A stretch of 64,000 bases of DNA from Raillietiella orientalis (GCA_036172245.1 JAYWIR010000090.1:124001-188000); one strand, 5' to 3'; positions 47,701 to 62,770 are shown, counted from the first letter of the stretch. Program-made: numbers and translations. Notes: generated by a model not told the origin, from the letters alone.

Positions 47701-48480
47701 CTATTTGTAGTTAGTGGCAAATTCCCGTCATGGAAAGGCCAAAGACCTTCCAATTTGTTGATTTCAGAGGATGATTAAGAAGAGTTCGAAATTTCATTAG
47801 GCCGTGGCACTTTGTACTCTGTGTTGTTTTCATTGTAACCAGTGTCGTACCTAGAAGAGGAATCTTGTCCTTCCCTGTGATTCATTATGTGGTAGAAATT
47901 TGCAACTTTTAGAGTTTTGTAATCAATTCGAATTCAGGTGATTTCACCATTGCAGTTTTGCGCCTCTTCACGAAGCATTTATTTGCAGTAAGTGGCAAAT
48001 TCCCGTCATCGAGAGGCTAAAGACCTTCCTATTTCTTAATTTCAGAGGATGATTACGAAGAGTTGGAAATTAGATTAAGGCGTGGGACTTTGTACTCTGT
48101 TTTGTTTTCATGGTAGCCAGTGTCGTACATAGAAGTGGAATCTTTTCCTTTCCTCTGATTCATGATGTGGTAGAAATTTGCATCCTTTCAGGCTTTGTAA
48201 TCAATTCGAATTCAGGGGATTTAAACATTGCGCTTTTGCGCTGCTTCACGTGACATCTATTTGCAGAGAGTGGAAAATTCCCGTCATGGAGAGGCTCAAG
48301 GCTTTCCAATTTCCTGAATACAGAGGATGATTAAGAAGAGTTGGAAATTAGATTAGGGCGTGGCACTTTGGTCTCTCTGTTGTTTTCATGGCAACCAGTG
48401 TCATACCTAGAAGGGGAATCCTTTCCGTTGCTCTGATTCATTATGTGGTAGAAATTTGCAACTTTTCAAGTTGTGTAATC
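35755..48480. repeat. Higher-order duplication, offsets 7498 bp (27 monomers) then 6111 bp (22 monomers)
   Basis: ~35755-38880 recurs at +7498 (ORF pairs 35942/43440, 37136/44634); ~40270-42370 recurs at +6111 (40457/46568, 42277/48388). Confidence 0.85.
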
Positions 48481-51400
48481 AATTGGAAATCAGGGGATTC
48501 TACTATTAAACTTTTGCGCCTCTTCACTAAACATCCACTTACAGTGAGTGGCAAATGCCAGATATGGAAATCCTCAATGCCTTCGAATTCGCTGATTTCA
48601 GAGGATGATTATGAAGAGTTCGAAATTTCATTAGGGCGTGGCACTTTGGATTCTGTGTTGTTTTCATAGTAACCAGTGTCGTACCTAGAAGAGGAATCTT
48701 GTCCTTCCCTCTGATTCATTATGTGGTAGAAAGTTTCAACTTTTCAAGTTTTCTAAACAATTCGAAATCAGGGGATTTAAGCATTGCACTTTGCGCTTCT
48801 TCACGAAGCATCTATTTGCAGTAAGTGGCAAATTCCCGTCATGGAAGGGCTCAAGAGCTTCCTATTTCTTGATTTCAGAGGATGATTAATTAGAGTTCGA
48901 AATTTTATTAGGCCGTGGCACTTTGTGCTTTGTTTTGTTTTCATGGTAACCAGTGTCGTACCTAGAAGAGGAATCTTTTTCTTCGCCCTGATTCATGATG
49001 TGGTAGAAATTTGAAGCCTTTCAGGCTTTGTAATCAATTGGAAAGCGGGAGATTTTACTATTGCTCTTTTGCGCCTCTTCACTAAACATCCACTTACAGT
49101 GAGTGGCAAATGGCCGTTATGGAAAGCCTCAATGCCTTCCAATTTCCTGATTTCAGAGGATGATCATGAAGAGTTCGAAATTTCATTAGGGCGTGTCACT
49201 TTGGATTCTGTGTTGTTTTAATAATAACCAGTGTCGTACCTAGAAGAGGAATCTTTTTCTTCGCTCTGATTCATTATGCCGTAGAAATTTGCAACTTTTC
49301 AAGTTTTGTAATCAATTCGAAATCTGGTGATTTCACCATAGCAGTTTTACGCATGTTCACGAAGCATTTATTTGCAGTAAGTGGCAAATTCCCGTCATGG
49401 AGAGGCTAAAGACCTTTATATTTCTTGATTTCAGAGGATGATTAGGAAGAGTTCGAAATTTCATTAGGCCGTGGCACTTTGTACTCTGTGTTGTTTTCAT
49501 GGTAACCAGTGTCGTACATAGAAGAGGAATCTTTTCCTTTCCTCTGATTCATGATTTGGTAGAAATTTGCAACCTTTCAGGCTTTGTAATCAATTCGAAA
49601 TCAGGGGATTTAAACATTGCACTTTTGCGCTGCTACACGTGACATCTATTTGAGCTGAGTGGCAAATTCCCGTCATGGAGAGGCTCAAGGCTTTCCAAAT
49701 TCCTGAATTCAGAGGATGATTAAGAAGAGTTGGAAATTAGATTAGGGCGTGGCACTTTGGTCTCTCGGTTGTTTTCATGGTAACCAGTGTCGTACCTAGA
49801 AGGGGAATCCTTTCCGTTGCTCTGATTCATTATGTGGTAGAAATTTGGAACCTTTCAAGCTTTCTAATCAATTGGAAATCAGGGGATTTTACTATTGCAC
49901 TTTTGCGCCTCTTCACTAAACATCCATTTGGAGTGAGTGGCAAATGCCCCTCATGGAAAGCCTCAATGAATTCCAATTTCCTGATTTCAGAGGATGATCA
50001 TGAAGAGTTCGAAATTTCATTAGGGCGTGTCACTTTAGATTCTGTGTTGTTTTCATGGTAACCAGTGTCGTACCTAGAAGAGGAATCTTTTCCTCCGCTC
50101 TGATTCATGATGTGGTAGAAATTTGCAACTTTTCAGGTTTTGTAATCAATTCGAAATCAGGGGATTTCACCATTCCAGGTTTGCGCCTCTTCACGAAGCA
50201 TCTATTTGCAGTCAGTTGAAATTTCCCGTCATGGAGAGGCTTAGGGCCTTCCAATTTCCCGATTTCAGAGGATGATCATGTAAAGTTCGAAATTTCATTA
50301 GGAAGTGGCACTTTGGATTCTGTTTTGTTTTCATGGTAACCAGTGTCGTACCTAGAGGTGGAACCATTCCATCGCTCTGATTCATTATGTCGTAGAAATT
50401 TGCAACTTTTCAAGTTTTGTAATCAATTCGAAATCTGGTGATTTCACCATTGCAGTTTTGCGCCTGTTCACGAAGCATTTATTTGCAGTAAGTGGCAAAT
50501 TCCCGTCATGGAGAGGCTAAAGACCTTCCTATTTTTTGATTTCAGATAATGATTAGGAAGAGTTCGAAATTTCATTAGGCCGTGGCACTTTGTACTCTGT
50601 GTTGTTTTCATGGTAACCAGTGTCGTACCTAGAAGAGCAATCTTTTTCTTCGCTCTGATTCATGATGTGATAGAAATTTGCAACCTTTCAGGCTTTGTAA
50701 TCAATTCGAAATCAGGGGATTTAAACATTGCACTTATGCGCTTCTTTACGTGACATCTATTTCCAGTGAGTGGCAAATTCCCGTCATGGAGACGCTCAAG
50801 GCTTTCCAATTTCCTGAATTCAGAGGATGATTAAGAAGAGTTCGAAATTTCATTAGGGGGTGTCACTTTGGATTCTGTGTTGTTTTCATGGTAAGCAGCG
50901 TGTTACCGATAAGAGGAATTTTTTCCTTTGCTCTAATTCATTATGTGGTAGAAATTTGCCACTTTTCAGGTTTTCTAATCAATTCGAAATCAGGGGATTT
51001 TACCATTCCAGGTTTGCTCCACTTCACGAAGCATCTGTTTGCAGTGAGTGGCAAATTCGCGTCATAGAGAGGCTCAAGGCCTTCCAATTTCCTGATTTCA
51101 GAGGATGATTACGAAGAGTCCGAAATTTCATTAGGCCGTGGCACTTTGTACTCTGTGTTGTTTTCATGCTAACCAGTGTCGTACCTAGAAGAGGAATCTT
51201 TTTGTTCGCTCGGATTCATGATGTGGTAGAAATTTGCAGCCTTTCAGGCTTTGTATTCAATTCGAAATCAGGAGATTTAACCATTGCACTTTTGCGCTTC
51301 TTCACGAAGCATCCATTTGCAGTGAGTGGCAAATGCGAGTCATGGAAATCCTCTAGGCCTTCCAATTTCCTGATTTCAGAGGATGATTATGAAGAGTTCG

Positions 51401-53879
51401 AAATCTGATTAGGGCGTGGTACTATCGATTCTGTGTTGTTTTCATGGTAACCAGTGTCGTACCTAGAGGAGGAATCTTGCCCTTCACTCTGATTCATTAT
51501 GTGGTAGAAATTTGCAACTTTTCAAGTTTTGTAATCAACTCGAAATCAGGGGATTTAAGTATTGCACTTTTGCGCTTCTTCACGAAGCATCTATTTGCAG
51601 TAAGTGGCAAATTCTTGTCATGGAAAGGCTCAAGAGCTTCCTATTTCTTGATTTCAGAGGATGATTAAAAAGAGTTCGAAATTTTATTAGGCCGTGGCAC
51701 TTTGTGCTCTGTTTTGTTTTCATGGTAACCAGTGTCGTACCTAGAAGAGGAAACTTTTCCTTTCCTCTGATTCATGATTTGGTAGGAATTTGCAACCTTT
51801 CAGGCTTTGTAATCAATTAGAAATCAGGGGATTGAAACATTGCACTTTTGCGCTGCTACACGTGACATCTATTTGCAGTGAGTGGCAAATTCCCGTCATG
51901 GAGAGGCTCAAGGCTTTCCAAAATCCTGAATTCAGAGGATGATTAAGAAGAGTTGGAAATTAGATTAGGGCGTGGCACTTTGGTCTCTCGGTTGTTTTCA
52001 TGGTAACCAGTGTCGTACCTAGAAGGGGAATCCTTTCCGTTGCTCTGATTCATTATGTGGTAGAAATTTTGAACCTTTCAAGCTTTGTAATCAATTGGAA
52101 ATCAGGGGATTTTACTATTGCATTTTTGCGCCTCTTCACTAAACATCCATTATGAGTGAGTGGCTAATGCCCCTCATGGAAAGCCTCAATGAATTCCAAT
52201 TTCCTGATTTCAGAGGATGATCATGAAGAGTTCGAAATTTCATTAGGGCGTGTCACTTTAGATTCTGTGTTGTTTTCATGGTAACCAGTGTCGTACCTAG
52301 AAGAGGAATCTTTTCCTCCGCTCTGATTCATGATGTGGTAGAAATTTGCAACTTTTCAGGTTTTGTAATCAATTCGAAATCAGGGGATTTAAACATTGCA
52401 CTTTTGCGCTGCTTCACGTGATATCTATTTGCAGTGAGTGGCAAATTCCCGTCATGGAGAGGCTCAAGGCTTTCCAAATTCCTGAATTCAGAGGATGATT
52501 AAGAAGAGTTGGAAATTAGATTAGGGCGTGGCACTTTGGTCTCTCGGTTGTTTTCATGGTAACCAGTGTCGTACCTAGAAGGGGAATCCTTTCCGTTGCT
52601 CTGATTCATTATGTGGTAGAAATTTTGAACCTTTGAAGCTTTGTAATCAATTGGAAATCAGGGGATTTTACTATTGCACTTTTGCGCCTCTTCACTAAAC
52701 ATCCATTATGAGTGAGTGGCAAATGCCCCTCATGGAAAGCCTCAATGAATTCCAATTTCCTGATTTCAGAGGATGATCATGAAGAGTTCGAAATTTCATT
52801 AGGGCGTGTCACTTTAGATTCTGTGTTGTTTTCATGGTAACCAGTGTCGTACCTAGAGGAGGAATCTTGCCCTTACCTCTGATTCATTATGTGGTAGAAA
52901 GTTGCAACTTTTCAAGTTTTGTAATCAACTCGAAATCAGGTGATTTAACCATTGCACTTTTGCGCTTGTTCACGAAGCATCTATCTGCAGTAAGTGGCAA
53001 ATTCCCGTCACGGAGTGGCTCAAGACCTTCCAATTTCCTGATTTCAGAGGATGATTACGAAGAGTCCGAAATTTCATTAGGCCGTGGCACTTTGGATTCT
53101 GTTTTGTTTTCATGGTAACCAGTGTCGTACCTAGAAGAGGAATCTTTTTCTTCGCTCTGATTCATTATGCCGTAGAAATTTGCAACTTTTCAAGTTTTGT
53201 AATCAATTCGAAATCTGGTGATTTCACCATTGCAGTTTTACGCATGTTCACGAAGCATTTATTTGCAGTAAGTGGCAAATTCCCGTCATGGAGAGGCTAA
53301 AGACCTTTATATTTCTTGATTTCAGAGGATGATTATGAAGATTTCGGAATTTCATTAGGGCGTGGTACTTTGGATTCTGTGTTGTTTTCATGGTAACCAG
53401 TGTCGTACCTAGAGCAGGAATCTTGCCCTTCCCTCTGATTCATTATGTGGTAGAAATTTGCAACTTTTCAATTTTTCTAATCAACTCGAAATGAGTGGAT
53501 TTAACCATTGCACTTTTGCGCTTCTTCACGAAGCAGCTATCTGCAGTAAGTGGCAAATTCCCGTCACGGAGTGGCTCAAGACCTTCCAATTTCCTGATTT
53601 CAGAGGATGATTACGAAGAGTCCGAAATTTCATTAGGCCGTGGCACTTTGTACTCTGTGTTGTTTTCATGGTAACCAGTGTCGTACCTAGGAGAGGAAAC
53701 CTTTTCTTCGCTCTGATTCATGATGTGGTAGAAATTTGCAGCCTTTCAGGCTTTGTAATCAATTCGAAATCAGGAGATTTAACCATTGCAATTTTGCGCT
53801 TCTTCACGAAGCATCCATTTGCAGTGAGTGGCAAATGCCATTCATGCAAATCCTCTAGGCCTTCCAATTTCCCGATTTC

Positions 53880-56800
53880 AGAGGATGATTATGAAGATTT
53901 CGGAATTTCATTAGGGCGTGGTACTTTGGATTCTGTGTTGTTTTCATGGTAACCAGTGTCGTGCCTAGAAGAGGAATCTTTTTGTTCGCTCTGATTCATG
54001 ATGTGGTAGAAATTTGCAACTTTTCAAGTTTTGTAATCAATTCGAAATCAGGAGATTTAAGCATTGTACTTTTGCGCTTCTTCACGAAGCATCTATCTGC
54101 AGTAAGTGGCAAATTCCCGTCATGGAGTGGCTCAACACCTTCCAATTTTCTGATTTCAGAGGATGATTACGAAGAGTCGGAAATTTCATTAGGCCCTGGT
54201 ACTTTGTACTCTGTGTTGTTTTCATGCTAACCAGTGTCGTACCTAGAAGAGGAATCTTTTTGTTCGCTCTGATTCATGATGTGGTAGAAACTTGCAGCCT
54301 TTCAGGCTTTGTAGTCAATTCGAAATCAGGATATTTAACCATTGCAATTTTGCGCTTCTTCACGAAGCATCCATTTGCAGTGAGTGGCAAATGCCAGTCA
54401 TGCAAATCCTCTAGGCCTTCCAATTTCCTGATTTCAGAGGATGATTATGAAGATTTCGGAATTTCATTAGGGCGTGGTACTTTGGATTCTGTGCTTTTCA
54501 TGGTAACCAGTGTCGTACCTAGAGCAGGAATCTTGCCCTTCCCTCTGATTCATTATGTGGTAGAAATTTGCAACTTTTCAATTTTTCTAATCAACTCGAA
54601 ATGAGTGGATTTAACCATTGCACTTTTGCGCTTCTTCACGAAGCAACTATTTGCAGTAAGTGGCAAATTCCCGTCACGGAGTGGCTCAAGACCTTCCAAT
54701 TTCCTGATTTCAGAGGATGATTACGAAGAGTCCGAAATTTCATTAGGCCGTGGCACTTTGTACTCTGTGTTGTTTTTATGGTAACCAGTGTCGTACCTAG
54801 AAGAGGAATCTTGTTGTTCGCTCTGATGCATGATGTGGTAGAAATTTGCAGCCTTTCAGGCTTTGTATTCAATTCGAAATCAGGAGATTTAACCATTGCA
54901 ATTTTGCGCTTCTTCACGAAGCATCCATTTGCAGTGAGTGGCAAATGCGAGTCATGGAAATCCTCTAGGCCTTCCAATTTCCTGATTTCAGAGGATGTTT
55001 ATGAAGAGTTCGAAATTTGATTAGGGCGTGGTACTTTCGATTCTGTGTTGTTTTCATGGTAACCAGTGTCGTACCTAGAGGAGGAATCTTGCCCTTCCCT
55101 CTGATTCATTATGTGGTAGAAATTTGCAACTTTTCAAGTTTTGTAATCAACTCGAAATCAGGGGATTTAAGCATTGCACTTTTGCGCTGCTACACGTGAC
55201 ATCTATTTGCAGTGAGTGGCAAATTCCCGTCATGGAGAGGCTCAAGGCTTTCCAAATTCCTGAATTCAGAGGATGATTAAGAAGAGTTGGAAATTAGATT
55301 AGGGCGTGGCACTTTGGTCTCTCGGTTGTTTTCATGGTAACCAGTGTCGTACCTAGAAGGGGAATCCTTTCCGTTGCTCTGATTCATTATGTGGTAGAAA
55401 TTTTGAACCTTTCAAGCTTTGTAATCAATTGGAAATCAGGGGATTTTACTATTGCACTTTTGCGCCTCTTCACTAAACATCCATTATGAGTGAGTGGCTA
55501 ATGCCCCTCATGGAAAGCCTCAATGAATTCCAATTTCCTGATTTCAGAGGATGATCATGAAGAGTTCGAAATTTCATTAGGGCGTGTCACTTTAGATTCT
55601 GTGTTGTTTTCATGGTAACCAGTGTCGTACCTAGAAGAGGAATCTTTTCCTCCGCTCTGATTCATGATGTGGTAGAAATTTGCAACTTTTCAGGTTTTGT
55701 AATCAATTCGAAATCAGGGGATTTAAACATTGCACTTTTGCGCTGCTTCACGTGATATCTATTTGCAGTGAGTGGCAAATTCCCGTCATGGAGAGGCTCA
55801 AGGCTTTCCAAATTCCTGAATTCAGAGGATGATTAAGAAGAGTTGGAAATTAGATTAGGGCGTGGCACTTTGGTCTCTCGGTTGTTTTCATGGTAACCAG
55901 TGTCGTACCTAGAAGGGGAATCCTTTCCGTTGCTCTGATTCATTATGTGGTAGAAATTTTGAACCTTTGAAGCTTTGTAATCAATTGGAAATCAGGGGAT
56001 TTTACTATTGCACTTTTGCGCCTCTTCACTAAACATCCATTATGAGTGAGTGGCAAATGCCCCTCATGGAAAGCCTCAATGAATTCCAATTTCCTGATTT
56101 CAGAGGATGATCATGAAGAGTTCGAAATTTCATTAGGGCGTGTCACTTTAGATTCTGTGTTGTTTTCATGGTAACCAGTGTCGTACCTAGAGGAGGAATC
56201 TTGCCCTTACCTCTGATTCATTATGTGGTAGAAAGTTGCAACTTTTCAAGTTTTGTAATCAACTCGAAATCAGGTGATTTAACCATTGCACTTTTGCGCT
56301 TGTTCACGAAGCATCTATCTGCAGTAAGTGGCAAATTCCCGTCACGGAGTGGCTCAAGACCTTCCAATTTCCTGATTTCAGAGGATGATTACGAAGAGTC
56401 CCAAATTTCATTAGGCCGTGGCACTTTGGATTCTGTTTTGTTTTCATGGTAACCAGTGTCGTACCTAGAAGAGGAATCTTTTTCTTCGCTCTGATTCATT
56501 ATGCCGTAGAAATTTGCAACTTTTCAAGTTTTGTAATCAATTCGAAATCTGGTGATTTCACCATTGCAGTTTTACGCATGTTCACGAAGCATTTATTTGC
56601 AGTAAGTGGCAAATTCCCGTCATGGAGAGGCTAAAGACCTTTATATTTCTTGATTTCAGAGGATGATTATGAAGATTTCGGAATTTCATTAGGGCGTGGT
56701 ACTTTGGATTCTGTGTTGTTTTCATGGTAACCAGTGTCGTACCTAGAGCAGGAATCTTGCCCTTCCCTCTGATTCATTATGTGGTAGAAATTTGCAACTT

Positions 56801-59800
56801 TTCAATTTTTCTAATCAACTCGAAATGAGTGGATTTAACCATTGCACTTTTGCGCTTCTTCACGAAGCAGCTATCTGCAGTAAGTGGCAAATTCCCGTCA
56901 CGGAGTGGCTCAAGACCTTCCAATTTCCTGATTTCAGAGGATGATTACGAAGAGTCCGAAATTTCATTAGGCCGTGGCACTTTGTACTCTGTGTTGTTTT
57001 CATGGTAACCAGTGTCGTACCTAGAAAAGGAATCTATTTCTTCGCTGTGATTCATGATGTGGTAGAAATTTGCAGCCTTTCAGGCTTTGTAATCAATTGG
57101 AAATCAAAGGATTTTGCTATTGCACTTTTGCGCCTCTTCACTAAACATCCATTTCCAGTGAGTGGCAAATGCCCCACATGGATAGCCTCAATTCCTTCCA
57201 ATTTCCTGATTTCAGAAAATGATGAAGAAAGGTCCGAAATTTAATTACGCAGTGGCAGTTTGGAATCTGTATTGCTTTCATGGTAACCAGTGTCGTGCCT
57301 AGAAGAGGAATGTTTTCCTTCTCTGTGATTCATGATGTGGTAGAAATTTGCAACCTTTCAGTCTTTGTAATCAATTGGAAATCAGGGGATTCTACTATTG
57401 CACTTTTGCGCCTCTTTACTAAACATCCACTAACAGTGAGTGGCAAATGCTGTTATGGAAAGCCTCAATGCCTTCCAATTTCCTGATTTCAGAGGATGAT
57501 CATGAAGAGTTCGAAATTTCATTAGGGCGTGTCACTTTGGATTCTGTGTTGTTTTCATGGTAAACAGTGTCGTACCTAGAAGAGGAATCTTTTCTTCCGC
57601 TCTTATTCATGATGTGGTAGAAATTTGCAACTTTTCAGGTTTTCTAATCAATTCGAAATCAGAAGATTTCACCATTCCAGGTTTGCTCCTCTTCACGAAG
57701 CATCTGTTTGCAGTGAGTGGCAAATTCGCGTCATGGAGAGGCTCGAGGCCTTCCAATTTCCTGATTTCAGAGGATGATTACGAAAAGTCCGAAATTTCAT
57801 TAGGCCGTGGCACTTTGTACTCTGTGTGGTTTTCATGGTAACCAGTGTCGTACCTAGAAGAGGAATATTTTCTTCCGCTCTTATTCATGATGTGGTAGAA
57901 ATTTGCAACTTTTCAGGTTTTCTAATCAATTCGAAATCAGAAGATTTCACCATTCCAGGTTTTCTCCTCTTCACGAAGCATCTGTTTGCAGTGAGTGGCA
58001 AATTCGCGTCATGGAGAGGCTCGAGGCCTTCCAATTTCCTGATTTTAGAGGATGATTACGAAAAGTCCGAAATTTCATTAGGGCGTGTCAGTTTGGATTC
58101 TGTGTTGTTTTCATGGTAAACAGTGTCGTACCTAGAAGAGGAATCTTTTCTTCCGCTCTTATTCATGATGTGGTAGAAATTTGCAACTTTTCAGGTTTTC
58201 TAATCAATTCGAAATCAGAAGATTTCACCATTCCAGGTTTTCTCCTCTTCACGAAGCATCTGTTTGCAGTGAGTGGCAAATTCGCGTCATGGAGAGGCTC
58301 GAGGCCTTCCAATTTCCTGATTTCAGAGGATGATTATGAAGATTTCGGAATTTCATTAGGGCGTGGTACTTTGGATTCTGTGTTGTTTTCATGGTAACCA
58401 GTGTCGTGCCTAGAAGAGGAATCTTTTTGTTCGCTCTGATTCATGATGTGGTAGAAATTTGCAACTTTTCAAGTTTTGTAATCAATTCGAAATCAGGAGA
58501 TTTAAGCATTGTACTTTTGCGCTTCTTCACGAAGCATCTATCTGCAGTAAGTGGCAAATTCCCGTCATGGAGTGGCTCAAGACCTTCCAATTTTCTGATT
58601 TCAGAGGATGATTACGAAGAGTCGGAAATTTCATTAGGCCCTGGTACTTTGTACTCTGTGTTGTTTTCATGCTAACCAGTGTCGTACCTAGAAGAGGAAT
58701 CTTTTTGTTCGCTCTGATTCATGATGTGGTAGAAACTTGCAGCCTTTCAGGCTTTGTAGTCAATTCGAAATCAGGATATTTAACCATTGCAATTTTGCGC
58801 TTCTTCACGAAGCATCCATTTGCAGTGAGTGGCAAATGCCAGTCATGCAAATCCTCTAGGCCTTCCAATTTCCTGATTTCAGAGGATGATTATGAAGATT
58901 TCGGAATTTCATTATGGCGTGGTACTTTGGATTCTGTGCTTTTCATGGTAACCAGTGTCGTACCTAGAGCAGGAATCTTGCCCTTCCCTCTGATTCATTA
59001 TGTGGTAGAAATTTGCAACTTTTCAATTTTTCTAATCAACTCGAAATGAGTGGATTTAACCATTGCACTTTTGCGCTTCTTCACGAAGCAACTATTTGCA
59101 GTAAGTGGCAAATTCCCGTCACGGAGTGGCTCAAGACCTTCCAATTTCCTGATTTCAGAGGATGATTACGAAGAGTCCGAAATTTCATTAGGCCGTGGCA
59201 CTTTGTACTCTGTGTTGTTTTTATGGTAACCAGTGTCGTACCTAGAAGAGGAATCTTGTTGTTCGCTCTGATGCATGATGTGGTAGAAATTTGCAGCCTT
59301 TCAGGCTTTGTATTCAATTCGAAATCAGGAGATTTAACCATTGCAATTTTGCGCTTCTTCACGAAGCATCCATTTGCAGTGAGTGGCAAATGCGAGTCAT
59401 GGAAATCCTCTAGGCCTTCCAATTTCCTGATTTCAGAGGATGTTTATGAAGAGTTCGAAATTTGATTAGGGCGTGGTACTTTCGATTCTGTGTTGTTTTC
59501 ATGGTAACCAGTGTCGTACCTAGAGGAGGAATCTTGCCCTTCCCTCTGATTCATTATGTGGTAGAAATTTGCAACTTTTCAAGTTTTGTAATCAACTCGA
59601 AATCAGGGGATTTAAGCATTGCACTTTTGCGCTGCTACACGTGACATCTATTTGCAGTGAGTGGCAAATTCCCGTCATGGAGAGGTTCAAGGCTTTCCAA
59701 ATTCCTGAATTCAGAGGATGATTAAGAAGAGTTGGAAATTAGATTAGGGCGTGGCACTTTGGTCTCTCGGTTGTTTTCATGGTAACCAGTGTCGTACCTA

Positions 59801-62770
59801 GAAGGGGAATCCTTTCCGTTGCTCTGATTCATTATGTGGTAGAAATTTTGAACCTTTGAAGCTTTGTAATCAATTGGAAATCAGGGGATTTTACTATTGC
59901 ACTTTTGCGCCTCTTCACTAAACATCCATTATGAGTGAGTGGCTAATGCCCCTCATGGAAAGCCTCAATGAATTCCAATTTCCTGATTTCAGAGGATGAT
60001 CATGAAGAGTTCGAAATTTCATTAGGGCGTGTCACTTTAGATTCTGTGTTGTTTTCATGGTAACCAGTGTCGTACCTAGAAGAGGAATCTTTTCCTCCGC
60101 TCTGATTCATGATGTGGTAGAAATTTGCAACTTTTCAGGTTTTGTAATCAATTCGAAATCAGGGGATTTAAACATTGCACTTTTGCGCTGCTTCACGTGA
60201 TATCTATTTGCAGTGAGTGGCAAATTCCCGTCATGGAGAGGCTCAAGGCTTTCCAAATTCCTGAATTCAGAGGATGATTAAGAAGAGTTGGAAATTAGAT
60301 TAGGGCGTGGCACTTTGGTCTCTCGGTTGTTTTCATGGTAACCAGTGTCGTACCTAGAAGGGGAATCCTTTCCGTTGCTCTGATTCATTATGTGGTAGAA
60401 ATTTTGAACCTTTGAAGCTTTGTAATCAATTGGAAATCAGGGGATTTTACTATTGCACTTTTGCGCCTCTTCACTAAACATCCATTATGAGTGAGTGGCA
60501 AATGCCCCTCATGGAAAGCCTCAATGAATTCCAATTTCCTGATTTCAGAGGATGATCATGAAGAGTTCGAAATTTCATTAGGGCGTGCCACTTTAGATTC
60601 TGTGTTGTTTTCATGGTAACCAGTGTCGTACCTAGAGGAGGAATCTTGCCCTTACCTCTGATTCATTATGTGGTAGAAAGTTGCAACTTTTCAAGTTTTG
60701 TAATCAACTCGAAATCAGGTGATTTAACCATTGCACTTTTGCGCTTGTTCACGAAGCATCTATCTGCAGTAAGTGGCAAATTCCCGTCACGGAGTGGCTC
60801 AAGACCTTCCAATTTCCTAATTTCAGAGGATGATTACGAAGAGTCCCAAATTTCATTAGGCCGTGGCACTTTGGATTCTGTTTTGTTTTCATGGTAACCA
60901 GTGTCGTACCTAGAAGAGGAATCTTTTTCTTCGCTCTGATTCATTATGCCGTAGAAATTTGCAACTTTTCAAGTTTTGTAATCAATTCGAAATCTGGTGA
61001 TTTCACCATTGCAGTTTTACGCATGTTCACGAAGCATTTATTTGCAGTAAGTGGCAAATTCCCGTCATGGAGAGGCTAAAGACCTTTATATTTCTTGATT
61101 TCAGAGGATGATTATGAAGATTTCGGAATTTCATTAGGGCGTGGTACTTTGGATTCTGTGTTGTTTTCATGGTAACCAGTGTCGTACCTAGAGCAGGAAT
61201 CTTGCCCTTCCCTCTGATTCATTATGTGGTAGAAATTTGCAACTTTTCAATTTTTCTAATCAACTCGAAATGAGTGGATTTAACCATTGCACTTTTGCGC
61301 TTCTTCACGAAGCAGCTATCTGCAGTAAGTGGCAAATTCCCGTCACGGAGTGGCTCAAGACCTTCCAATTTCCTGATTTCAGAGGATGATTACGAAGAGT
61401 CCGAAATTTCATTAGGCCGTGGCACTTTGTACTCTGTGTTGTTTTCATGGTAACCAGTGTCGTACCTAGAAAAGGAATCTATTTCTTCGCTGTGATTCAT
61501 GATGTGGTAGAAATTTGCAGCCTTTCAGGCTTTGTAATCAATTGGAAATCAAAGGATTTTGCTATTGCACTTTTGCGCCTCTTCACTAAACATCCATTTC
61601 CAGTGAGTGGCAAATGCCCCACATGGATAGCCTCAATTCCTTCCAATTTCCTGATTTCAGAAAATGATGAAGAAAGGTCCGAAATTTAATTACGCAGTGG
61701 CAGTTTGGAATCTGTATTGCTTTCATGGTAACCAGTGTCGTGCCTAGAAGAGGAATGTTTTCCTTCTCTGTGATTCATGATGTGGTAGAAATTTGCAACC
61801 TTTCAGTCTTTGTAATCAATTGGAAATCAGGGGATTCTACTATTGCACTTTTGCGCCTCTTTACTAAACATCCACTAACAGTGAGTGGCAAATGGCTGTT
61901 ATGGAAAGCCTCAATGCCTTCCAATTTCCTGATTTCAGAGGATGATCATGAAGAGTTCGAAATTTCATTAGGGCGTGTCACTTTGGATTCTGTGTTGTTT
62001 TCATGGTAAACAGTGTCGTACCTAGAAGAGGAATCTTTTCTTCCGCTCTTATTCATGATGTGGTAGAAATTTGCAACTTTTCAGGTTTTCTAATCAATTC
62101 GAAATCAGAAGATTTCACCATTCCAGGTTTGCTCCTCTTCACGAAGCATCTGTTTGCAGTGAGTGGCAAATTCGCGTCATGGAGAGGCTCGAGGCCTTCC
62201 AATTTCCTGATTTCAGAGAATGATTACGAAAAGTCCGAAATTTCATTAGGCCGTGGCACTTTGTACTCTGTGTGGTTTTCATGGTAACCAGTGTCGTACC
62301 TAGAAGAGGAATATTTTCTTCCTCTCTTATTCATGATGTGGTAGAAATTTGCAACTTTTCAGGTTTTCTAATCAATTCGAAATCAGAAGATTTCACCATT
62401 CCAGGTTTTCTCCTCTTCACGAAGCATCTGTTTGCAGTGAGTGGCAAATTCGCGTCATGGAGAGGCTCGAGGCCTTCCAATTTCCTGATTTTAGAGGATG
62501 ATTACGAAAAGTCCGAAATTTCATTAGGGCGTGTCAGTTTGGATTCTGTGTTGTTTTCATGGTAAACAGTGTCGTACCTAGAAGATGAATATTTTCTTCC
62601 GCTCTTATTCATGATGTGGTAGAAATTTGCAACTTTTCAGGTTTTCTAATCAATTCGAAATCACAAGATTTCACCATTCCAGGTTTGCTCCTCTTCACGA
62701 AGCATCTGTTTGCAGTGAGTGGCAAATTCGCGTCATGGAGAGGCTCGAGGCCTTCCAATTTCCTGATTTC
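53880..62770. repeat. Tandem 16-mer higher-order repeat (4445 bp, 2 copies)
   Basis: Near-identical ORF pairs 53946/58391, 54636/59081, 56168/60613, 57002/61447. Confidence 0.88.
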
